Below are positions 38,308 through 51,571 of a stretch of 64,000 bases of DNA, piece by piece (the first letter of the stretch is position 1; every line of letters begins with the position of its first letter). The notes below the pieces were generated by a model that saw only the letters and a list, made by a program, of their open reading frames with translations, was not told where the DNA came from and searched no databases. Origin of the DNA: Ginglymostoma cirratum (Eukaryota); contig JAHRHZ010000267.1 of assembly GCA_024137785.1 (NCBI GenBank), positions 6,986,512 to 7,050,511 on the forward strand. The letters run 5' to 3'. The position numbers and the translations under genes are program-made.

Positions 38308-39225
38308 AAGATTCAAGATGGCGACGGAGTAGCAGGGCTGCACGAAGATCTTGCCCGAGGTCATCCCTCCCACATGCTTTTTTTTAAACTTCTGCTCTTT
38401 TCCTTTCATTCTCTTTCCTTCGTTTATCTTTTCTTTGGAGCCTTTCGCAGTGGGTTAGTCAGCGAAATTGGTGCAGTCGCCAGAGCAGAACATGAATGGA
38501 AATGCGGCTCCTTCCAGCGGCAGTGGATGTGGCTCCTCACAGCAATTGGAGGCAATGGCAGCAGTGGCAGCAGGGATGTCCTCCTGGTGTTCAGGGCTGG
38601 CTACTGCAGCAGCGGCGCAGCTTCTGCGATTGGAGGTGGCTCCAGCAACAGCGGACATTTTGAGATGATGTTGCTGGCAACGCGATATCATGGAGGGGGA
38701 TGGTGGAGGGAGCAGCCAGAGTGGAACTCTTGGCGAGACAGCAGCAGAGCCAGAAGCTCCTGGTTTGAATTAGGCGCAGAGCGGTGTTTCTCTGCGTAAG
38801 TACGAAGCAACAGCAGTGGCGTTGGAGGCCTGGAGCCAGGATTCCGGGATGCAGCTGGTTGCGGGGCGAGCGCACGTTCAGCAAGGGACCCAGGATCAGC
38901 AACGGTGTCAGCTACTGTGGGCCCAGTGGCAAAGAAATGAGACCTAAAGAGTGGTGACCTCAACATGGAGGCACAAGCAGCGGCAAGGCAGCCGAGGAGT
39001 AGAGGCTATGCAGGACTCTCTTAGCTTTCCTGCTCCTCTGATGCTGCTTAGCCTGCTGTGTTCATCCAGCTCTATACCTTGTTATCTCTCTTTCAGTTAT
39101 ATCTTTTATCCTTTTCACCCCTAGTATTCAAAATGGTGCTGGATTGTGGTGACTGTTGAAGCTTTTTGCTGTAATTTACTGTATTATTCGCTGTACAATG
39201 CAACAGACAATAAATAAATCATTTA
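38308..39225 (+). mobile_element. GC-rich non-autonomous retroelement-like repeat (family unresolved), containing a PLE fragment at ~39023-39090
   Basis: Starts caagatggcgacg (YY1-like motif), has a gcagc-rich body, and ends ga.aataaataaatcattt like LINE 3' tails. Confidence 0.4.
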
Positions 39226-40254
39226 CTCATCGTCATGATGTCAGATCGCATGTACATGGGGATCTGAGGGTGTAAGGTTACAGAGAAGTCCTCTCTTACT
39301 CTCTCCTGTTACAGTGAGTTAACATGCAATGAATGTTGTTGGTGTTTACGGATGTGGTGGATGGGTCTACAATCCAGACCCGATCTGATAGCAGAATGAC
39401 ACCTTCCTATCTATTTATCTAGACACTTTAGTTAGTCTCCCTTCAGTTTCTTCGGTGTTAAAGTAAACAAGTCTAACCTAGTCAGTCTTTCTATAATAAA
39501 AACTTCTCTAGTCCAGGGAATAATCATTTACAATTCCTCTCCAGTGCAATCACATTTTTCCTGTAATGCAGTGACCAGAACTGCATGCAGCTCTTCACCT
39601 ATGGCCTAACTTTTTCTTTTGCCCAAGTTTGGAAAACTACACAGGAAAACACGTGACTAAGGAGAAAGATAAGGGACAGCTCGTGACAGGGCATGGCCTG
39701 ATTATCAACTGTTCCAATATAGCAGCAACTCATAAACACACCCTTGGCAAAGGCAAATTCAGCAAAACAGATTTTCATCACATGCTATCTCTCTAGTCCA
39801 AGAGAAAGGAACACCAAAAAAATCAATCTAGCAGCAGAGAGAGAACTCTAGTTCTTTGCAGTAGCAGAGAGAGAGCTGTATCAAGCTCCTTCAACAGCCA
39901 ACTCCAAACCCCAACTAAAAGCAAAACTAAAACCTGGGTCTGTGTGAGCCTGACTCCACCCACCCATGCTTCTTTTGTCTAATTTAAAAAGGTACAAGCA
40001 GGGAGCTCAAAGCTGTTTACCCACTGCTTCTGAAATAAACATTCCTTACTCACACTGGCAACACCTCTCTATAACAGAAATGGCACAGAACAGATCTCTG
40101 TTAAAGGCACAGTACCATCACAATTCCTGCTCTATTGTAGCTTTTCCAGACCATTACCTCACACTTCTCCTGTTTGAACTCCAGTTGATACCATGCTGCC
40201 ACCTGACTAGTCCATTAATATCTTGCTGCAGTTGGCAGCTTTCTTTCCCATTAT

Positions 40255-40553
40255 CATAGAATCTCGACAGTGTAGATTCAGCGCATCAACTCCATACTGA
40301 CCCACATCCACCCCGTTACCCTGTAACCTTACATTTCCCATGACTAACTCACCTAACTTGCACATCCTTGTACACTATGGACAATTTAGCATAGCCAATC
40401 CGCCTAATCTGCACAGTTTAGGACTGTGGGAGGAAACCCACACAGACATGGGGAGAATGTGTAAATTCCACACAGACAGTTGGCCAAGGGTGGGATCAAA
40501 CCCAGGACCCTGGCACTGTAAGGCAGCAGTGCTAACCACTGAGCCACCATGCC
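40255..40553 (-). mobile_element. HE1-type SINE
   Basis: Reverse complement of ggcatggtggctcagtggttagcactgctgcc, plus the HE1 core and tail. Confidence 0.85.
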
Positions 40554-43135
40554 TCCCTGTCAACCATAAAACCATTGAATGTCCAACCTCCTTATTCATA
40601 CACTGGTATTCAAATGCAATTCATTGATAAGCTAAGGGACGTTATAGTGAGTCTCCTGGAAACCCGCTGGAAATAGCCTTCTAGTCTCAAAAAATATCCA
40701 TTCACTTTTATTTCATGCCATTGAGCCCCAGTTTTGGATCCATATTGGATTTCTTGGGCATTTGTGGCCAGTTTAGATGTAGAACTTTATCATAAGCCTT
40801 TTTAAAATCCATATAACATATAGTGTGGTAACCTTATCTTTTTTTCCTAAAAATCTCAAGAATATTAGTCAGAATCAACCTTCCCTTTATACATTTATGC
40901 TGTCTTCTATTAATCCATGTCATTTGAAATGAAACTTCAAGCGATACTTCAGAATTGTTTCTATTTAATTTTCTCATCAGTGAGTGAAGTTAGGGTGATT
41001 GTCCTGTAATCATTTGGTCTATTCCTGTAATGGTACAATATGAACTGTTCTTCAGTTCTCTAGCACCATAAGTAGTGATGATTGCACAACGATGGTCAAA
41101 GCCTTCATTATTTTGTCTGTTTCTTCCTTTAACAATCTAGAATATATTTAATCTGGGTATGGAGACTTATCTGCTTGCAAAAATGTTAAACCCCTCTCAT
41201 TATGCTAATTGCATCCAGTATATCACAGTCCTCCACTCTGATCCTAACGTCTGTATTGGCCTTCTCCATTAACACATTGTTGTGAGGATACTGCACACCA
41301 GTATCTTCTGCTTCCAGCCTGTTAGTCTCAAATTGGCCCTACTCTTTATTTAGCTATCCTCCTGTATGTGGAAAAAAACTTTTCATTTTCCTTGATTTCA
41401 CTTGCCCAATACTTTTTTTCAGACCATCTGTTTTCCTAATTTCCTTTTTTCATTTCAGCCCTACATTTTTCATGCAATGCTTGGTTATCTGAAGTATTGA
41501 GTCTTTGGCATCTGTTGTAAGGTGCCCTATTTTTTTCTTTATCCTGTCCTTTAAGCCTTGGCATCGAGGGGAACTCATATTTGTTAGTTCCACACTTTAA
41601 GAAAAATACTTGCTCCAAACCCTCACTATCTCTTCCTTGATCTCACGCACTGATTTGCCTTTAAATGGCTGTCTTCAGTCCATTTTAATAAAATCATCTT
41701 AGTAAAATTAATCTTTCTACAATTGAGAATAATTGCATGGTGTATCAAAATTTGAAAATGATATTAAAACAGGAGGCACAGCAAATCTTTCTGAAAATCA
41801 CGGTAAATTACAAAATGATTTATTGGGAGAAGTGGTGGAATGATAGATTGAATTCAAAATTTGTAAAGGCCAGGCTGTACAAAAAATATAATAATTATCA
41901 TTTGGAAGAAAGCTGGTGTTGCGAAGAAGCAGGTTTTGGGTTTCAGCTTCAAGAGATACTGAAAACAACTACATCAAATGGATAAGATGCTCTTTCAAAA
42001 AAAAAGTAATGAAATGCTCGGTTTATTGCAATAGATGTGGAACACGAAAATCAATCAATGGTTGTTCAATGTGTGACCTCTGTAAGACCATAGTTGGAAT
42101 ACTGGCTACACCAATGCACCATACCATAGAAAGGATTATAAAGCTGTAGGGAGGGTAGGGCACACATTCATTAAAATGTACCCTTATACGAAAGGGATAA
42201 AGATGTAAAGAAAAGCTTTAAAAAGGGGACTGTACTTAAGAGAACTGAGGAGAAAATGGGATGTTTAGGTAGTGATTGATGAGTCAAAATCTAGAGGAAA
42301 AGATTATTTATGAGAGTGAGCACAGGAACCTTTTAACTGGGTATTGTGAGTTACCAGTCTATGCTACATGAGTTAGCATTTGAAGTAACAGTTAAGTAAA
42401 CTTTTAAATATAGGTTTGAATAATGGCAGAAAGAAAGGGACGTTAAAGGAATTATGGAAACCATAAGTTTGTGACTACTGCTTAAGGATAAAGATAAACA
42501 AGCTGGTTGTGCTAAATACCTGCTTCCATGTTGTAAATTATATATAATTTTATAGATTAGCCTTCGTGTGCCAAATAACAGTGTGTCCCAGCAATATAAT
42601 ATGATATTTAAATAAATCACAGATTCCACAGGGTATAAGTCATTTTTGGCTTTTTCATTTATTTGCTATACATTTAGGTCCAAGTGTTAATTAAATATCA
42701 TATCACTATAGGAACCATGCATTATTTCAACTTAAGGTCATCATGTTATTCTTCTGCATTTCCTCTGCCGTCAATTAAGATAATCATTTACACTAAGTAA
42801 AAATATTCTTTTCCTGAATCTCCCTTCAGCTACTTATGATGGATTGGCTGCTTTTCATGACTGAACACAACTAAAACATAATTCTGGATGTGATTGATGG
42901 AATTGCAAGTTATACATATTTAAGAGCACGTATGCTGCGCTAACAATACTTTCACAAAAATAAAGATCACCATGGAGACTAGCTGTGCAGCTTTACAGAT
43001 TATTCCATTATTGCTACAAATTTTTAAAGATCCAGTTTAGCTCTTGTTTCACTCCTGAGGTTACTGCATAGATTTGGTATTGCATGAAAAGTTTTGCTCA
43101 AACTCATGCGTTGGATGTACAATTTCACCAGCAGA

Positions 43136-43846
43136 TTGACCTACATTTTATCAGCTCCTTGGAGATAGGGAAGGAAGCAAGGAGGCTGCCAAAATGGTAT
43201 AGGGTGGCATCGGCAGGACAATGTTGTATTTTGTCAGCCACACCCCCTTTTGAGCAGCAGGGAAGGTGGTAGATTGGCTGCCTGCTAATTAAACATTTTA
43301 AGTGGTAAGTTACAGACCAATTCCTGCCTCTGCCATCATTGGGCCACACCAAGAGGACCTGCTGCCACTGCATGAGGAAGCTGCCCAGTGAAACCCATTG
43401 GCTACCCAGCAACCTCTGGGTGTGGGGACCTTTCTCTTCAGGCACTCCATGATCCAGATGGTATGTGCTCGTGACAATGGTGCTGCTGGTCCTTGATGAA
43501 TGCCTGCACCAATGACTGCCTACTGGCCCAGGCATTGAGTAACCCCTTTTGAAGGTGCCTGACCTCGGGACATCCTCCACCACAGTTGCAACATAAGCAT
43601 TGGCTACTGGTAACGGTGGTGCTGTTGAATCACCAGCTACCTGATATGTAAGGCAGATGTTGTGAGGGCAGGAAAGAAGAATGGGGTTGATGGGAGTGAT
43701 GTTGGGCATAACAACAGTCTCCACAAGGCTCACTCAATTAACCGCAGTGATATGTTAATACCAGTCCTGACAGTGGCCGAAGCAGGATCGTCTCCTGTTT
43801 TCTGCCTCAGCCATGGGATTTCTGCTGCTCCAGTTAAATTCAGCCA
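43136..43846. mobile_element. Putative non-autonomous DNA transposon (Harbinger-like)
   Basis: GC-richer block bounded by gacctacatttta...taaattcagcc degenerate termini; no credible ORF. Confidence 0.3.
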
Positions 43847-44554
43847 ATCCTTTTAGCAAACAGCCACACCACTACATTTTGCAAAGGTGTAACCTTCAAA
43901 GGAAATGTCACACCTCTAAGGACCAAAATATCATGATGATCTCAAATAACTAAGTATCCGCTAAAATGCCTCATTCAATGGAAACTCTTCAGAAATTAAC
44001 AAAAATTAACAATGAGGAATGAATGACCAGCCAAAATAAAATGGAGTAATTGGATCTCTTGACTTTTTTTCTCAATCACTATTTGAAAAGCAAAATCTAC
44101 AATGAAACTGAATGATCAAACTGTTTAAATAATTATTTTATATCTTAAGTCATGTGTCTTACTAAACATTGACACCAAAACTTCCAATAACGCAAATGGC
44201 TACTTCTGGAGCACAATGACAGAGGTAACAACATTGGGAGGAATTTGGAAAGTAAAGAACAGAGCCATGTAGGGTCTTTCACCAATAGATTAGAGAGTGA
44301 AGATTAGCTCAGAAGAGCAGTTGGTCTGGCTAGTATTGGTTGCAAGAGATGAATTCATTCAGCTAATTCATTCATAATTCATTAATTCATTCAGATTGTG
44401 GAAGCAGACCAGAGCAGAACAATGGTGGGACATGTAGTGTTACTCAAAGAGTTTGAAACCAACATTCTGGGCATTGAGAAGCCTATGGAGAATGGTAAGG
44501 TGTGTAGGATCTGGCATGCAATAGGGGATGTAGGTGATCAATCTTTATCTTTAT

Positions 44555-44870
44555 TTATTCATAAGGATGGGCAATAAATGCTGCCTACCTTCTAAGTGTC
44601 CAGGGGGCAGTTGAGAATCAAGCATATTGCTATGGGTCAGGAGTCACACGTAGGCCAGACTAGGTGAAGATGTTAGACTTCCTTCCCTGAAGGACATTAA
44701 TGAATTAGATCAGCTCTTTTCTGACAACCAACAATGGTTCCGTGGTTTTCATTGGGTTCTTAATTTATTTTTTTTTAACTGGATTCAAATTCCACTGTCG
44801 ACCATGGTGGGATTTGAACCCAGGTCTCCAGGATAATAGTCGAGTGATAATTCCGCTAGATCAACTCGTC
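44555..44870 (-). mobile_element. tRNA-derived SINE (same family as 26988/28710)
   Basis: Shared gagtcacacgtaggccagac..ttccttccctgaaggacatt..ggatttgaacccagg. Confidence 0.75.
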
Positions 44871-45194
44871 CACGGATGTTGAAGCTTGCATAGGAGAAAC
44901 ACAAACTGAGGGCATTGGAAGAATTGATAACTAAGGTAATAAAAGGTACAGGTGAGGGTTTCAACAGTGAGTTCTGAGGTCAAAATTAAGACAGGGAACA
45001 TTTTAACAGATCAAGCTAGTGATGTTGGTGCCGGAAAAGGTATTGGGTTCAGCTTCGGGATAAATAGGAGACTGAAGCTACACACTGAAGATTAGGAGGA
45101 CAATACAAGCAGTAATGTCAAGGTAGTACAGTGAAAAAGCCAATGTAAAGAACAATGGTGTGTTAATATGTTCTTGTATCTATAAACTGAGAAA

Positions 45195-45725
45195 AAATTG
45201 ACTATATTTAAGGTCCAACTTGTCTATGCCGATCAGAAATCCTAAATTAATTTAGTCCCATTTGCCAGCACTTGGCCCATATCCCGCTAAACCCTTCCTA
45301 TTCATATACCCATCAGATGCCTTTTAAATGTCGTAATTGTACCAGCTGCCACCACTTTCCCTGTCAGCTCATTCCATACACACACCACCCTCTGCGTGAA
45401 AAAGTTGCCCCTTAAGTGCGTTTTAAATCTTTCCATTCTCACCTTAAATCTATGCCGTCTAGCTTTGGACTCTGCTATCTTGGGGTAAGACCTTAGGTGT
45501 TTATCCTAGCTATGCTCCACATGATTTTATTAACTTCAATAAGGTCACCCCGCAGCGTCCGAAGCCCCAGGGAAAATAGCCCCAGCCTAGTCAGCCTTTC
45601 CCTATAGCTCAAATCCTCCAAACCTGGCAACATCCTTGTAAATCTTTTCTGAGCTCTTTCAAGTTTCACAGCATCCTTCCAATAGCAGGGAGACCAGAAT
45701 TGAATGCAGTATTCCAAAAATAGCC
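45195..45725 (-). mobile_element. CR1/HER1 LINE 3' fragment
   Basis: EYCIQFWSPCY..LERAQKRFTRMLPGLEDLSYRERL..LRGDLIEV. Confidence 0.9.
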
Positions 45726-45984
45726 TTGATTTAATTTAAATGTATTATTATCACAAGTATCAAGATAGAGTGAAAAGTATTGTTTTGTGTGCTCTCCAGA
45801 CAAATCATACATTACACAAGTACATCAGGGTAACAGAACAGAATGAAGAATGTTGTGTATTCTGGTCATTGACGTTCTCCCAAATGATGGCAATGGCTAG
45901 TTGTATTATCTTATACCTTTCATATACGCTTCCTTACACAATATACCATACTGTGGTTAAAATAGCAGTTCAGATGCTTCAAAT

Positions 45985-46392
45985 CCTGCAGTGAACAATT
46001 CACCTCCTGACTCCCCAAAGCCTGTCCACCATCTACAAGGTACAAGTAAGGTCTGTGATGGAATACTCCTCACTTGCCTGAATGGGTACAGCTTCAACAG
46101 TCAAGAAGCTCAACACAGTCCAGTTCAAAGCTGTTTGCTTGGCTGGACCCATCCACAAAGATTCACTTCTTTCTTCAGCAACACTCAGGAGCACCAGTGT
46201 GAGCTACTTACAAGATACACTGCAGAAATTCAGCAAGGCTACCTAGGTAGTACCTTTGAAACCCATGACCACTACCATGTGGAAGGGCAAGGTCAGATAT
46301 GGGAACACCACCATCTACAAGTTCCCCTTCAAGCTACTCAACATACTGACTTGGAAATATGTTGGCTTTCCTTCAGTGCTACTGGATCAAAT
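45985..46392 (+). mobile_element. CR1/L2-group LINE 3' fragment
   Basis: cctgactccccaaagcctgtccaccatctacaagg..gatggaatactc..tgggaacaccaccatctacaagttcccc; related tails at ~11720, 60060 and 61100. Confidence 0.65.
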
Positions 46393-47254
46393 TGAAATTT
46401 TTATCCTGTACACTCATATTTAGGTCAGTTATATATATCTAGAAAGCAGGGGTCCTAACATCAATCTCTGGGGAACTCCACAACAGTACATGTTGGTGTA
46501 CAAATTGACTTCTAAACCTTGAAAATCCCTCATTTATACACAGTATGAAAGTGAACTACTGGCATCAGTGTGAGTGTTCATCATCTCTGTCCTTCAAAAC
46601 ACCGAGTCTGCTCTGTGGGGGCGCGCCTTAAACGTGTTTGAATCTTCAATAAACAGCCCACTTCATCCCTTCAACCAGTGAACAAAACATCCATTTTGGT
46701 GGAAAAATGAAGCTGATGGCTTATGTGAGTATAGCATATTGTGGCTGAAAAGGTGGGGTGATCAACTTAAATACAGATGCAAGTACTTGAAAACATGATT
46801 TGTCGCTAAGAAAAAATGAAATTGTTTTCAAACAAATTGACATTTAGGTCGTGATTTATAGTATATATGTTCTTCCAGTGCAAAAAATGTTAATGCAGCC
46901 AATTTTGTACCCATGGTCCTATTGTCCCTTTATTCCATGAACTTTTAACTTTGCTGACAAGCCTGTTGTGCAGCATTTTATCAAATATCTTTTGGAAGTC
47001 TATATACACCACCTCACTCACACAACCCTCATGAACCCTCTTGATTACCTCATCAAAAAACTCAAGTAAGGTAGTATGGGAAAGTCATTCTCAACTGTAA
47101 TATTGGTTTTCCTCCTCATCTAGCAGGTACCATGATCAGTTTTTCTTCTTCCATCTTGGCAATGCACTTCCAAATTATATCAGCAATACCCTTTCTAATA
47201 TTCCCAGCTGGGTTTAAGTTAAATTGTAATGTTGTAGTCTTCAATGTAGGTGAA

Positions 47255-47520
47255 ACGGTGGCTCAGTGATTAGCACTGCTGCCTCACAGCACCAGGGACA
47301 CATGTGAAGGTTGCACATTCTCCATGTCTGCATGGGTTTCTGCCACACGCTCCAGTTTCCTCCCGCAGTCTAAAGATGTGCAGGTTAGGTGGATTAGCTG
47401 TGGGAAATGCAGGATTACAGGAATATGGAGGGGAGTGAGTCTGGGTGGGATGGTCTTTGGAGGATTGGTGTGGATGGAAGCTTGGTGGGCCGAAAGGTCT
47501 GCTTCCAAACTGTAGGGATT
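47255..47520 (+). mobile_element. HE1-type SINE
   Basis: cggtggctcagtgattagcactgctgcctcacagcaccaggga head and HE1 core. Confidence 0.85.
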
Positions 47521-47524
47521 TTAT

Positions 47525-48600
47525 TCAAAGATTTGGCAAAGATCTGTAGCTTGGGTTGTGGGTGAGATTGTTGACTTGCTCGCCAAGCTGACTTGTTCTC
47601 GTTCAGACATTTTATCACCATGCTGGGTGACAACATCAGTGGAGCCTCCAATGAAGCGATGTTATTCTATTCCGCTTGGAATTTATACTCTTTGGACTGT
47701 TATGGCGAATACTGTCATTTCCTGTTTTGATCTGTATGGGTTTGCATACGAGGTCCAATTCTATGTGTTTGTTGATTGCATTATGGGTGGAGAACCATGC
47801 CTCTAGGAATTCCCACGTGTATCTATGTTTGGCTTGGGCTACTATGGTTACCTTGTCCCAGTTGAACTGATGGCCTTCATTGTCTGAGTGTACTGATGTT
47901 AAGGAGAGTTCGTCGTGCCGTTTTGCTGTGAGCTGAAATTTGTGTATTCTGATGGCTAGTTTCCTTCATATCTGTCCGATGTAATGTTTGTGGCAGCTGT
48001 TGCATGGTATTTTGTAAACCATGTTTGTTCTGCATATTGTGAGAATAGGGTCTTTAATCCTTGAAAGTGTTTGTTGTAGAGTGGCTGTGGGCTTGTGGGC
48101 CACCATGATTCCTAGTGGTCTTAGAAGTCCTGTTGTCAGTAGCCATATGTTCTTTAAGTATGGCAGTGTGGTCATTGTGTTAGGCCATACTGTCTCCTCC
48201 TGTTGTTTCTGCTTAGTAGGCATCTGCGGATGAAGTTGCAGCAATATCCGTTTATAGTGAAGATTTTGTATAGATGCTGTTCTTCTTTCCTGCATAGTTC
48301 TGGGGCGTTGCAGTGTGTCCTGGCCCATTTAGTGTCCTAATGGAGCTTTGTGGGTGTTGGGGTGGTTACTGTGGCAATCGAGGATTTGATCAGTATGGGT
48401 TGCTTTTCTGTATACTGATGTTTGGGACTCTCCCTTGGTCATATGCTCAACTTTAATAGCCAGAGAGGAAGTTGATTGTTGTTTGCTTCTTCCCTTACGA
48501 ATTTAATCCCTACGGCTACACTATTGATGAGATTTTGGGTCTCTTCTAATTTGTTGTGTTCTAATTTGTCGATTTTATGATTCTTCATGACCTTTGATGT
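47525..48600 (-). mobile_element. Penelope-like element (RT end and GIY-YIG endonuclease), second family
   Basis: ORF 47966-48328 reads TLPYLK..LLRPLGIMVAHKPT..KDP..NMVYKIPCNSCHKHYIGQ; decayed hammerhead-like motif at 47604-47641. Confidence 0.85.
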
Positions 48601-51469
48601 TACAAGGATGTTCTAAGGTGTCACAAGGAAAAATCTTTTGCGTTTAATCAGGTCACAGATGTCTTGCTTGCTAGAACAAGCCACATCATTCATTTCCTCG
48701 TCGACAGCTCGTAGGAGAGTTACAAAGTCTCATCAATTTATCTGTAACCTTCTGTACAACCTAGTTAACAAGTAATGTGGGCTGTAACAGAATAATGAAA
48801 GTGAGGCAGAACTGCAGCTGGCATCTCACAGACTCTGTGCTAGTTGCCTCTCAAGAATTTGGATGTTGCCTTTCTGTGTCAGATGAGAAGATAAGAGGTT
48901 GAGGCTGAAGGACCAAGAAGCAGTGATGGACATCATGGTGGCAAGAACAATTTGGCTGAAGGAAGAAGGCCCCTCCTCCTCTCTCAAGATCTGCTGGAGG
49001 AAGGGCAGTATGACAGATGATACCGCAGTAGCAAGGTTGAACGCTGAGAAGAAAATGCATACATTGTCACAGTTGTTTTGAGCTATGGGTGGAAGAGAAT
49101 TGTGGCTATGAAAAGTGCAAATATTTAATTAATTGAACTTACACTGGGAGTTCAGGACAAATAGCTATGGAGCTTTAAGCTAGTGACTTGTAAAGGAAGG
49201 TTAGTGACAAATCAGAGTTTGGATGACTGAGAAATGAACATTTGAGGACGTGAGTCATGATAGAAGCTTTGAAAGGAAAAGGGTTTGGTTAACTATTTTG
49301 GTAGGCATTGATGCCATGAAATTTGGGTTGATAAGGCACTGGTGAAATTAATAACCTTGTAGCACCAGGGAAGGGGAATGAGGGAAGGACAGAAACTGGG
49401 AGAGTTATTACAGAGTGAGAAATCAACAGAGGTTGGAAGTGAAGAGAACGGGGAGTTGGTCAGGTGTAGAGAAGAGAAGGAATGGTTTTAATGTTAAACA
49501 AATAAACATCACATTACCACCATCTGGTATTAGCGAAGGAAGTGGTGTATCATGGAGAAATGCAACGATGAGTTTGTTGTATTTACCTTTCTCAATGATC
49601 TTGGAATTAAGGAAGTATTTAGCTGAGGAAAGACGTATTATTACATCAGGGTTAATTTGTCAATGTGTAGCTGTATCAGTTACACACCCAAATGCACCAG
49701 AACAATTAGGTTGTCTTAAGTAGGTAGGAAGGCGGCAATTGAATGGTATTAAAAATATATCAGTTGAAATTTCCAGGATTTTGTCTCTGTGAAGAGGGAG
49801 CAACAGTGATACATATCTAAGGCTGGATGATGCATGGCTTGACAGGAATTTGGAGGTGATAGTGTTTCGTCCTTCTGGTACAAGGCATAATGTATGGCAT
49901 CCACATATTCTTGTGTATTACAGCAATAGATAAACAAACAGATCCCAGGTCAGTAATTTCACAGGAAACATCAGCACTGAACATCCATTCTCAAATATCT
50001 ACAGAACTAATACTTGCAAAACATAAAGTGTGCATTGAATGACGAGCTTAAAATAATTCTGTACCTGCTCATATGTAATTTTCATTGAGGTGTTTTCTTA
50101 AGTTAAAACCACATTGACTTCCTACCTAACTTCCTAACAAACAGTTGCCAACAAAATAACTTTTGCATAATCGTTTCTTATTTTGCCTACTTCTTTGAGA
50201 TAACAGAAAATAATAATAGATACAAATATACATATATATAGTGAAACAATAACAAACAATAGCTGTTTAAAAGATGTCGCAGATTAAAGTAGATACTGTA
50301 CAGCTCTTGCAAGATAGCATTAATGATAAACAACATGCAGATTTTGTCTGCTTAAGTGGTTTCTGACCAGACCTAACGTCTTCTACTTAACGGTGTGAAC
50401 AGGAACTCAATGTGGCTAAGTACCTTGTTCCAAAAAGCAACTCTAAAATCAACACTTTGATAAAGAGCATAGCTGTGCTATTTTTAGATTCTTTTTAAAC
50501 AGTGTTACCCTGTTGTGCAAGAACCTTTGCCCACGTAAAAGCAGTACAATTTAGAAAAAGAAATGTTGTTGAGTTTTAACAGTGAAGATTCAAAAGTTAA
50601 AATCCAATGTTGGAAACACTGAGATGAACACGAGGGATATTTTTGTCATGGTTTATGAACAAAAAGTATTGAAGTGGCACAAAGATTGGAGAGACAAGAA
50701 TGCTTACAATAAAAATATACCATCTAAAGCCAAAGCAATGAAGGGTGTAAAGAGTAACATCAATAAGAACAATTGTTGAGTGAGACAGTTATTAGGTTAG
50801 TTCAGAAACCAAATATCGGATAATACAATGAAACAAAAAAAAAGTACAAAACTAAGGGCTGTGTGGTTAAATACATGTCATATAGTGTGAAACTTCAGGC
50901 CATAACTTGGTAGGACCACACAGCTACTTAAGACTAAGATGCATATGTATTTGTTCAGTCAGGGGATGGTGAATCTTCAGAGTTCTATACCCGAGAGAGC
51001 TGTGTAAGTTCAATCATTGTGCTCAAGACAGAAACATATTAATTTCTAGATACAATTGGTATCAAAGAATATGAAGATAGTGGGCAAATTGTGTAGGATG
51101 AAATGATCATGATCTATTTGAATCGTGGAGCACAGGCTACTCCCACTCAGTTCCTACGTTCCTATGATGAAATCATCACATATGTTAGCATCTAAAATGG
51201 CATTGCTTGTGATACCTGGAAGCCAGATGATCTCCTGGGAGATGTGAGACAAAAAAAAAACAAGCTGATTTGGGGGGAAAAAAAAATTGAAACTTTTTTC
51301 TGATCTCACTGGATAATCAAAGCAAGTCAAGAAGACCACTCTTATGATAACTACCTTGCATATATTTCTATGCTAGTTAGAAACAAATTTTGGGTTGACT
51401 CAAATAATTTCGGTGTGTAAGTTTCATGTCACTACACCTATTATAAATTATCGTGAAGCATAACCAAAG

Positions 51470-51571
51470 ATAACAAAAACTGAAGTTGTTGGAAAAGCTC
51501 TGCAGGTCTGGCGCATCTGTGAAGAAAAAAACAGAGTTAACGTTTCAGGTCCGGTGACCCTTCCTCAGAAG
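51470..51571 (-). mobile_element. Penelope-derived terminus with hammerhead motif, next to a (GT)n/(AT)n microsatellite
   Basis: Minus ttCTGAGGA-agGGTCaccgGACCt-GAAA-CGTT-aac. Confidence 0.75.

Noticed and set aside
38374-38966. Overlapping ORFs and a second CpG-rich patch as a host gene or promoter
   Set aside because: No splice signals or recognisable protein; ends in a retroelement-like tail
43125-43733. 202-aa minus-strand ORF
   Set aside because: No recognisable domain, non-ATG start, and it lies within a probable non-autonomous transposon
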